From NCBI GenBank assembly GCA_963805625.1, contig CAWDVE010000010.1:864001-928000 (forward strand): a stretch of DNA of 64,000 bases, in the 5' to 3' direction. Below the pieces are notes generated by a model that did no database searches, was not told where the DNA came from, and worked only from the letters and a program-made list of their open reading frames with translations. The stretch's first letter is position 1; each line of letters starts with the position of its first letter. This document shows positions 56,523 through 64,000 of this stretch, piece after piece. This stretch comes from an uncultured Candidatus Rokubacteria bacterium (GTDB lineage Bacteria; Methylomirabilota; Methylomirabilia; Rokubacteriales; DASRDR01). Both the position numbers and the translations under genes were made by a program.

Positions 56523-58625
56523 CTACGACCGCCGGACCCAGACCGCCGTGTCGTGGAACACGGCTCCCCCGTTCGGGTACCCGGGCTCGGCGCTCGTCAG
56601 CGCGTTGATGCCGATGCCGCCCTCGAAGTGCTTGTTCGGCCAGATCCCCTCGACCACGACCACACCGCGCTGCTGGCCCTCGCGCGGCCGGGCGTGGGCC
56701 ACGACCACCCCGCGCTCGTTGCCGAGAGTGACGCGGTCGCCCTCGGCCACGCCGAGCGCGACGCAGTCGTCGGGGTTCATGAGCGCCGTGGGGCGCCGCT
56801 CCCGGGCGAGCGAGCCGGGGGTCTCGGTGAAAGTCGAGTTGAGGAACGTTCGGGCCGGCGCTGCCACCAGCCGGAAGGGCTTCTCGGCCGTGGCCTGATC
56901 GATCACGTCGAAGTGGTCCGGCAGCCTCGGCATCTTCGACCCGCGGCCGCCGAAGCTGTCCCAGTCTGGCTTGAAGCGGAACCTTCCATCCGGCCACTTA
57001 AAGCCCCGCAGGAAATGAGCTTCCTCGAACGGTAAAGCCATGTCCTGACCGCCTCGATCCACGTTGGCCTGGGCGTCCCACATGCCCGAGCGCTGGAGCG
57101 TCCGGTCCATGATCTCCCACGCGGTCATCCCGAAGCCCGGGTGCTCGGCCCCGAGCCGGCGGGCGAGCTCGGAGATCACGACGTGGTTCTCCCGGCATTC
57201 CCCCGGCGGCTCGACCACCTTCCGGGCCACCTGGAAGTACGTGTGCCCGCTCGCCGTGTAGAAGTCGTCGTGCTCGAGGAACATCGTGGCCGGGAGCACC
57301 ACGTCGGCGTAGGCCGCGGTCTCGGTCAGGAACTGCTCGTGCACGCAGAGGAACAGATCTTCACGCGCGAGACCTCGGTGGACCAGGTGGAGCTCGGGGC
57401 ACACCATCGCGGGGTTCGTGTTCTGGACGAGCATCGCGGTCACCGGCGGGCCGCCCCGGAGCGCCTCGGGGTCGCCGGTCAGGATCGGCCCCAGACGCGA
57501 CTGATCGAGAGCGCGAATCGTCGCGTCCACCCGGTCGAGACCCTCGATGAGGGTGCGGTCGAGCGGGTAGAGGGCGGTCTGTCCGTAGAGCGCCCCGCCG
57601 CCCGGGTACTGCCACGCCCCCGTCACCGCCGGAAGGCAGGACACCGCGTGCATGCTGGCTGCGCCGTTGCGAGAGCGGCTGAAGCCGTGATGGCAGCGGA
57701 TGAAGCTCCGCTTGCTCCGGCCGTACAGTCGAGCGAACGCGACGATCTCGTCGACCGGCAGCCCGGTGATCTCGGCAGCCCAGGCGGGCGTCCGCGTCCG
57801 GAGGTGCGCCGCCAGCTCGTCCGGAGCGTCGGTGTACCGGCGCATGTACGGCCAGTCCGCATAGCCCTCGGCGAAGAGGACGTGCATCACGGCGCACGCA
57901 AGCGCCCCGTCAGTGCCCGGACGGAGGGCCAGGTGCACGTCGGCGCGCTCCGCCGTGCCCGTCCGATATGGATCCACGACGACCAGTCGGGCGCCCCGCC
58001 GTTGCGCGCGAATGACGTGGGTCATGACGTTGACCTGGGTATTGACGGGATTCCCGCCCCAGATCACGACGAGCTCCGAGTGCTCGCCCACCTCTCGGAG
58101 GTCCACACCGCGCTTGGCGCCGACCCCGGCGATCCACCCCGTGTCCGACAGCGTGACGCAGATCGTCGAGTACCAGCGGGAGTAGCCCATGACGTGGCGC
58201 AGGCGGTTGATGCCGTCCCGCTGCACCAGTCCCATGGTGCCCGCGTAGAAGTACGGCCAGACGGTCTCGAGGCCGTGGCGGGCCGCCTTCTCGGTGAACG
58301 CCTCCGCGACGCGATCGAGCGCCTCCCCCCAGGAGATCCGGGCGAACTGGCCCGAGCCCTTCGGCCCCACGCGCCGAAGCGGATGGAGCAGGCGGTCGGG
58401 GTGGTGAACGCGCTCGGCGTAGCGCCCCACCTTCTCGCAGATGACGCCGGCCGTGTACGTGTTCCGCGTGGACCCTCGCACCCGCCCGATCGTGTGGGCG
58501 TCCAGGCGCTCCACGTCGAGCGCGCACGTGCTCGTGCAGTCGTGTGGGCAGACCGAGGGAACGAGCGCGATCGCGCCCCGGCCACCCCTCCCGGCCGCGC
58601 GCGCGCTCAGATCGTTCGTGAGCAT
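56523..58625 (-). CDS. Molybdopterin oxidoreductase (bis-MGD family) with an N-terminal Fe-S motif
   Basis: CPHDCTSTC..ICEK, WGGNP, VVVDP and ADVVLPA motifs. Confidence 0.92.
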   Translation of the reverse strand: MLTNDLSARAAGRGGRGAIALVPSVCPHDCTSTCALDVERLDAHTIGRVRGSTRNTYTAGVICEKVGRYAERVHHPDRLLHPLRRVGPKGSGQFARISWGEALDRVAEAFTEKAARHGLETVWPYFYAGTMGLVQRDGINRLRHVMGYSRWYSTICVTLSDTGWIAGVGAKRGVDLREVGEHSELVVIWGGNPVNTQVNVMTHVIRAQRRGARLVVVDPYRTGTAERADVHLALRPGTDGALACAVMHVLFAEGYADWPYMRRYTDAPDELAAHLRTRTPAWAAEITGLPVDEIVAFARLYGRSKRSFIRCHHGFSRSRNGAASMHAVSCLPAVTGAWQYPGGGALYGQTALYPLDRTLIEGLDRVDATIRALDQSRLGPILTGDPEALRGGPPVTAMLVQNTNPAMVCPELHLVHRGLAREDLFLCVHEQFLTETAAYADVVLPATMFLEHDDFYTASGHTYFQVARKVVEPPGECRENHVVISELARRLGAEHPGFGMTAWEIMDRTLQRSGMWDAQANVDRGGQDMALPFEEAHFLRGFKWPDGRFRFKPDWDSFGGRGSKMPRLPDHFDVIDQATAEKPFRLVAAPARTFLNSTFTETPGSLARERRPTALMNPDDCVALGVAEGDRVTLGNERGVVVAHARPREGQQRGVVVVEGIWPNKHFEGGIGINALTSAEPGYPNGGAVFHDTAVWVRRS

Positions 58626-58631
58626 GCGTCG

Positions 58632-58661
58632 AGGATACCGTCCGGGCCCAGGCTCTGACAA
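58632..58661 (-). promoter_or_regulatory. Putative leaderless sigma-70 promoter
   Basis: TTGTCA-N18-TATCCT-N6-ATG with no SD sequence. Confidence 0.6.
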
Positions 58662-58714
58662 TCGCGGAACGCCGCGCCGTGGTGCGACGCCGCCTGAAGG
58701 CCCTCCGGGCGAGT

Positions 58715-59368
58715 TCACCGGGCAGTCTCGCGTGGATCCAGCCAGAGAGCGAGGGCGGACTGGAGCCCGATGGCCGCGAGCGAGGTGGCGGCCATGGCGC
58801 GCGCGCTCGGAGGGGGCGTCGTGGCCAGCCCGCCCGCAACCGTCAGCAGCGCCCATAGCGTCACGACACCGCCGAGGCCCCATCGCGCCCCGCCGCGCGC
58901 TGGCCTCGGGGATCCGAGATAGATCCACCATCCGAGGCCGCCGATCACGCACTCGACGGCGAGCTCGAGGCCGGTGTGACGCCACAGGCCGAGCCCGAGC
59001 CGGTAGGAACCCGGTCCCAGCAGAGGGAGCCCCGCGACGTGGACCAGCGCGTCCAGGAGGAAATGCGAGAAGACGGTGGCCGCGACCACCACCCCGGCTC
59101 TCGCATTCCACCCGCACGCGCGGGCGACGCCGAAGGCGGCGGCCGACCAGGAGAGGCTGGCGATCAGCCCGTGCGAGTAGGGGAAGGTGAACGTGAGGTA
59201 GTGCACCTCCCCGAAGTTCGCTGGGACGTGAACCTCTTCGAGACCCAGCAGGACGAAGATCCAGAGGAGGACGTCCAGCAGCATGGCGGCGAGGAACAGC
59301 ACCCCGAGGCTGAGCCGCGGCGCCATCCGCTTCGCCGCCAGGCCGGCACCCAGATGGCCCACGAACAT
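58715..59368 (-). CDS. Membrane-bound metal-dependent hydrolase-like protein (YdjM-like)
   Basis: MFVGH, LLD, PYSHGL and SHFLLD..H motifs; multiple TM segments. Confidence 0.75.
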   Translation of the reverse strand: MFVGHLGAGLAAKRMAPRLSLGVLFLAAMLLDVLLWIFVLLGLEEVHVPANFGEVHYLTFTFPYSHGLIASLSWSAAAFGVARACGWNARAGVVVAATVFSHFLLDALVHVAGLPLLGPGSYRLGLGLWRHTGLELAVECVIGGLGWWIYLGSPRPARGGARWGLGGVVTLWALLTVAGGLATTPPPSARAMAATSLAAIGLQSALALWLDPRETAR

Positions 59369-59468
59369 TGCGCCATAATAGCCCCGCGGACTCGCCGGGG
59401 ATCGGGGTTCGATCGTGACCTCCACCCTGCCTTGACAGGGAGCAGTGCTCCGGTCACGGTAGGCGACG

Positions 59469-61832
59469 GTGATCGACGATCTCGCCCAGCCGGGCTCCCG
59501 GCGCCTGCACCGGCGCGACCTCACGCCCGCACTTCCCGATCTCACGAGCCCGCAGCGACTCCGGGGCCTGACGGGCCCCGTCGACGTCTGGCGAGACCCG
59601 GAGGGTGTCCCGCACGCGCGGGCCGGATCCCTCCACGACGCGTTCTTCGCCCAGGGATTCGTCCACGCCCAGGATCGCCTGTGGCACATGGAGTACGACC
59701 GCCGACGGGCGAGCGGACGATGGGCGGAGCTCGTCGGCGAGGCCGCGGTCGCCCAGGACGTGCTGGCGCGCCGGCTCGGCCTCGACCGAAGCGCCCGCGT
59801 CGACTACGCGGGAGCGACCGCCGAGACGCGCGTGATGCTCGAGGCCTACGCGGCCGGCGTCAATACCTTTCTTCGCGCCACGCAGGTCTGGCCCATCGAG
59901 TTCCAACTCCTCGGCACGCGACCCGAGCCCTGGGCCCCGTGGGACAGCCTCGCCGTCTTCAAGATCCGCCACGTGGAGATGGGGCCCTGGCAGATGAAGC
60001 TCTGGCGGGCCCGCCTCGTCCGCCACCTCGGCCCGAGGCTGGCCGCTTACCTGTCCCCCGGGACCTCCCCGGCACCGATGCTGATCCTGCCGCCCGGCAC
60101 GGAGTACCGGGGGCCGGCGCCCGGCGCCCTGGAGACCCTGAGCCGGAACGATCCCGCCCTCGCGTCCCTTCCCGGCTGGGTCGGCGGGAGCAACAGCTGG
60201 GTTCTCGCCGGGTCGCGCACCGCCTCCGGGCGCCCCCTCGTCGCGGGCGATCCCCACCGCGCCCTCGACACGCCGAACTGCTACTACCAGAACCACCTCG
60301 CCTGCCCCGACTTCGACGCCATCGGGCTCTCGTTCCCCGGCGTCCCCGGCCTCTCCCACTTCGGCCACAATCGCCACGTGGCCTGGTGCGTCACGCACGC
60401 GATGGCGGACTACCAGGACGTCTTCGTCGAGCGCTTCGATCCGACCGACCCGACGCGGTACGAGTTCCGCGGCGAGTGGCGGCGCGCCGAGGTGCGGCGT
60501 GAGACCATCCAGGTCCGCGGCGGCCGGGCGGTCGACGTCGCGATCACGGTCACGCACCACGGTCCGATCGTGCTCGGCGAGCCGGCGAGCGGCCACGCCG
60601 TGTCGCTCCGCTACACGGCGACGGCCGAGCTGAACCGGACGTTCGACGCCTTCGTCCCGATGCTCCGGGCCGCCTCCTCCGGCGATCTCGAGGCGGCCAT
60701 GCAACCGTGGGTCGATCCGGGCAACAACCTGGTGTTCGCCGACGTCCACGGGACGATCGGGTACCGGACCCGCGGGCGTGTGCCCGTCCGCGCCCAGACC
60801 AACGCGTGGCTCCCCGTCCCCGGCTGGGACGGCGCCCACGAGTGGACGGGCGCGATCCCGTTCGAGGCGATGCCCGCGCTGCGGGACCCGGCCGCGGGCT
60901 GGATCGTCACCGCCAACAGCCGGATCGTCGATGACAACTACCCGCACTACCTCGGGCTCGACTATGCGCCGGACTTCCGGACCCGCCGCCTCGCAGCCCG
61001 CATCCAGGACCTCCACGGTGCGACGGTCGCCGACATGGCGGCCCTCCATGCGGACCGCACCTCGATTCCCGCCCGGAGCCTGGTGGAGCTGGCAGGCCGC
61101 ATCGAGCCGCTCGACGCCGGCTCGCGCGCGGCGCTGGCGATACTTCGCCGCTGGGACGGCTGCATGGACGTGGACAGCACGGCGGCGACGGTCTACGCGG
61201 CGTTCCGGGCGCGACTCGTGCGGGACGTCCTGAGCCCACTCCTCGGCCCCCTCGCGGCAGACGCCTTCGCGCCTGCACTGAGCGCCGCCGTCGTGCACGT
61301 GGCGCGTCTCCGCGGCCGCCTGGCCGAGTGGATCCGCGAGGACGACCGGACGCTCCTGGCGGCGGGCGACGACTGGGGCAGCGCGATGTCCCGCGCGCTC
61401 GCGGGGGCGGTCGCCACGCTGCGCGAGACGCTCGGGCCGGACCCCGCGTCGTGGACCTGGGGCCGTCTCCACGTCGCGCGCCCGCGCCACCCGCTTTCGG
61501 CTGCGTTCCCCGCGGCAGCGGAGCTACTCGACCCGCCTGCCTCCCCCGCGGGCGGAGACGGTGACACCGTGCAGGCGGCAGACTTCGTCCCGGCCGCTGG
61601 GTTCGAGCTGACGCTCACCTCGGTCGCGCGCTACGTGTTCGACCTGGGTGACTGGGAGCGGAGCGCGTGGATCGTCCCGCTCGGCGCCTCGGGCCATCCG
61701 GGGAGCCCCCACTACGCCGACCAGTCGGCGGACTGGGCGGCGGTGCGCCTCCGCCCGATGCGGTACGACTGGGCCCGCGTCGCGGCCGAGTCGGAGAGCC
61801 ACCAGCGGCTCGAGCCCGCCCCGGCTGACTAG
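59469..61832 (+). CDS. Penicillin acylase family Ntn hydrolase (peptidase S45)
   Basis: RDPEGVPH, QGFVHAQDRL, GSNSW, GDPH, TANS and GASGHPGSPHY motifs. Confidence 0.93.
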   Translation: MIDDLAQPGSRRLHRRDLTPALPDLTSPQRLRGLTGPVDVWRDPEGVPHARAGSLHDAFFAQGFVHAQDRLWHMEYDRRRASGRWAELVGEAAVAQDVLARRLGLDRSARVDYAGATAETRVMLEAYAAGVNTFLRATQVWPIEFQLLGTRPEPWAPWDSLAVFKIRHVEMGPWQMKLWRARLVRHLGPRLAAYLSPGTSPAPMLILPPGTEYRGPAPGALETLSRNDPALASLPGWVGGSNSWVLAGSRTASGRPLVAGDPHRALDTPNCYYQNHLACPDFDAIGLSFPGVPGLSHFGHNRHVAWCVTHAMADYQDVFVERFDPTDPTRYEFRGEWRRAEVRRETIQVRGGRAVDVAITVTHHGPIVLGEPASGHAVSLRYTATAELNRTFDAFVPMLRAASSGDLEAAMQPWVDPGNNLVFADVHGTIGYRTRGRVPVRAQTNAWLPVPGWDGAHEWTGAIPFEAMPALRDPAAGWIVTANSRIVDDNYPHYLGLDYAPDFRTRRLAARIQDLHGATVADMAALHADRTSIPARSLVELAGRIEPLDAGSRAALAILRRWDGCMDVDSTAATVYAAFRARLVRDVLSPLLGPLAADAFAPALSAAVVHVARLRGRLAEWIREDDRTLLAAGDDWGSAMSRALAGAVATLRETLGPDPASWTWGRLHVARPRHPLSAAFPAAAELLDPPASPAGGDGDTVQAADFVPAAGFELTLTSVARYVFDLGDWERSAWIVPLGASGHPGSPHYADQSADWAAVRLRPMRYDWARVAAESESHQRLEPAPAD

Positions 61833-61842
61833 TTGCCCGCCC

Positions 61843-62772
61843 TCAGTCTCTGAGCCCGGGCATGTCGAACCCGCGCGCCGCGAGCCCGGCGACGAGCTCC
61901 GCCTCCTGGGCGGAGGTCAGCTCGACGAGCGGCGGCCGCACCGTCCGCCAGCCCGGGTCCTGGAGGAAGTGGGCGATGGTCGCCTTCAGGGCGGGGATCA
62001 TGGGCACCCGCTGCAGCACGGCGCGCGTGGCCGAGATCTCGGCCTGCTGATGGTCGGCGTCGCCGGACTGCCAACTCCGGTACAGACGGTCGATCTGGCC
62101 GGGGTTGACGTTGCCCGTCGCGGTGATGCAGCCGACGCCGCCATGGCGCATGTTCTGAAGAAGGAAGACCTCGCTGCCGGCGAAGACGTCGAAGTCCGAT
62201 CCCCGAAAGGCGTCCAGCATCGCCTTCGTGTTGCTCCAGTCCCCCGAGGAGTCCTTCACCCCCGCCACGATTCCCGGGTAGACCGCCAGGAGACGCTCGA
62301 TGAGGGCGAGGCTGATCGGGACCTGGGCCACGGGCGGGATGTGATAGAGGTACAGCCGGAGCCGCGAGTCTGCGACCCGCTCGATGACCTCCGCGAACGC
62401 CCGGAACAGGCCCTCGTCGGACACGCCCTTGTAGTAGAACGGCGGGAGCATCAGCGCTCCCGCGCACCCCAACTTCACGGCATGCCCGGTGAGCCGCACC
62501 GAATCGGTGAGCGCGCAGCAGCCCGTGCCCGGCATCAGGGTCTCCGGCGGCACGCCTCCCTCGACCAGCGCCTCGAGCAGCTCTATCCGCTCGTCGACGG
62601 AGAGGGAGTTCGCCTCGCTGTTCGTGCCGAACACCGCGAGGCCGCGGCAGCCGTGACCAAGAAGCCACCGGCAATGGCGCACGAACCGCGCCGCATCGGG
62701 CGCCAGGCGGGACGTGAAGGGTGTGACCACCGGTGCCAGCACGCCGGACAGCCGCGTCGTCGTCATCTCCAT
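61843..62772 (-). CDS. Dihydrodipicolinate synthase/N-acetylneuraminate lyase family aldolase
   Basis: VTPF, FGTNSEA, PPFYY, LYHIP and KDSSG motifs. Confidence 0.9.
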   Translation of the reverse strand: MEMTTTRLSGVLAPVVTPFTSRLAPDAARFVRHCRWLLGHGCRGLAVFGTNSEANSLSVDERIELLEALVEGGVPPETLMPGTGCCALTDSVRLTGHAVKLGCAGALMLPPFYYKGVSDEGLFRAFAEVIERVADSRLRLYLYHIPPVAQVPISLALIERLLAVYPGIVAGVKDSSGDWSNTKAMLDAFRGSDFDVFAGSEVFLLQNMRHGGVGCITATGNVNPGQIDRLYRSWQSGDADHQQAEISATRAVLQRVPMIPALKATIAHFLQDPGWRTVRPPLVELTSAQEAELVAGLAARGFDMPGLRD

Positions 62773-62846
62773 TCCCCCTCGGTGTCACGCGCGATGGAGG
62801 TCTCGATCGGGCTCGATCGAAGATGATACACCGCGATCGAGACTCG

Positions 62847-64000
62847 ATGGTGGGCGAGGGTGGCAGCGCTCGTACCCCCTGGGCCGCGCTTCTCGTGCTC
62901 TGCAGCCTGCTCGCGCTCCATAACGCCATGCGGATCGGCCCGATCACCTTCATCGAGGAGCTGCGCGGCCGCTACGGCGCCGACTACACGGCGGCCGGCA
63001 ACGTGGTGGGCGCATACACGCTTGCCTACGGGTTCGCCCAGCTCCTGGCGGGGCTCCTGACCGACCGCGTCGGAAGCCGGCGCCTGATGCTGGCCGGACT
63101 CGGCCTGGCCGCCGCGGGCTCCGCAACATTCGCCGTGACGGACAGCTACGCGGTCGCCGTCCTGGCGCGCCTCCTGATGGGGGTGGCCGGCGGGTGCCTC
63201 TACACGCCGACCATCGCGTACACGTTCGCCGCCTTCCCGGATGCGCTCCGAGGCCGGGCGATGGGCTTTGCGGAGACGGGGGTCGGGGCCGGGCAGGTGC
63301 TCGCGCTCCTGGGACTCCCGACCCTCTTCGCGGCGATCGGCCTCACGCCGGCATTCCTCGCGCTCCCGGTGGCGGCCCTCGGCCTCGCTCTCGCCGTAGC
63401 CTTCGGGCTCCCGCACATCCCGCCAGCGCCGCGAGCTGCCCGCGGGCGAATCCGAGATCTCGCCCGGGAGCGCGACTTCTGGCTCCTGGCCGTCGGCTTC
63501 GCCTTCGTGGGCATGCTCGCCCAGGTCGCCGTCCTCTCCTGGATGCCCACGTATCTCCGCCAGATCCACGGCTTCGGCGTGGTCGCCGCGGGCGCGTCGA
63601 CCGGCATCGTGGTGACGGGCCTGATGCTCTTCTCTCCCCTCTTCGGCATCCTCTCGGACCGGCTGACCGCGCGCCGGCCGGTCATGCTCGTGGGATGTCT
63701 GCTCGCGCTCGCGGGCTTCGTCGTCCTTCTGGTCACTCGGCACCCTTGGGTGGCCGTCGGCGCCGCGCTCCTGGTCAGCGCCAGCATGGCGGCCACGATC
63801 CCGATGCAGGTCGTCTTCGCCTCGGAGCGCTTCCGGGCCGTCGGGGCCGGCACGGCCATCGGCCTCGTCAACACCGGCGGACAGATCGCCGCCTCGCTCG
63901 GCGGTCCGCTCTACGGCACGTTCCTCGACCGCGGCCTCGGGTTCGGCATGGTGTGGGGCGTCGCCACGCTGCTCGGCCTCCTGCGCGTCCTGGCGGTGCT
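62847..64000 (+). CDS. MFS transporter, 3'-truncated by the window edge
   Basis: Motif A twice (GLLTDRVGSRR, GILSDRLTARR); frame open to the end; start at 62823 or 62847. Confidence 0.9.
   Translation, partial: MVGEGGSARTPWAALLVLCSLLALHNAMRIGPITFIEELRGRYGADYTAAGNVVGAYTLAYGFAQLLAGLLTDRVGSRRLMLAGLGLAAAGSATFAVTDSYAVAVLARLLMGVAGGCLYTPTIAYTFAAFPDALRGRAMGFAETGVGAGQVLALLGLPTLFAAIGLTPAFLALPVAALGLALAVAFGLPHIPPAPRAARGRIRDLARERDFWLLAVGFAFVGMLAQVAVLSWMPTYLRQIHGFGVVAAGASTGIVVTGLMLFSPLFGILSDRLTARRPVMLVGCLLALAGFVVLLVTRHPWVAVGAALLVSASMAATIPMQVVFASERFRAVGAGTAIGLVNTGGQIAASLGGPLYGTFLDRGLGFGMVWGVATLLGLLRVLAV

Overview
A GC-rich (roughly 70% by eye), gene-dense bacterial chromosomal segment of about 58 CDS. It is dominated by scavenging and catabolic genes: four family-5 (Dpp/Opp-type) solute-binding proteins with three permease pairs but no cognate ATPase, one complete NitT/TauT ABC system, a TAXI protein, EamA and MFS transporters, many amide/ester/lactone hydrolases, oxidoreductases, two molybdoenzymes and aldolases. 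The content resembles Ca. Rokubacteria/Methylomirabilota (inference only). I saw no rRNA, tRNA, CRISPR array, integrase or transposase. Features read directly from the sequence: (1) a 66-bp imperfect direct repeat flanking a ~3.2-kb insert (GT-C/ILEI gene plus HigA remnant) that split a translationally coupled dehydrogenase-cocE junction; (2) five short gene remnants (RidA, HigA, DJ-1, HsdR, RtcB); (3) three single-base frameshifts; (4) a consensus sigma-54 promoter, several probable leaderless promoters and a 21-bp tandem repeat; (5) an alpha/beta hydrolase lacking the canonical catalytic triad; (6) a PhnY-like dioxygenase with no phnZ. No clearly complete novel multi-gene system could be demonstrated from sequence alone.
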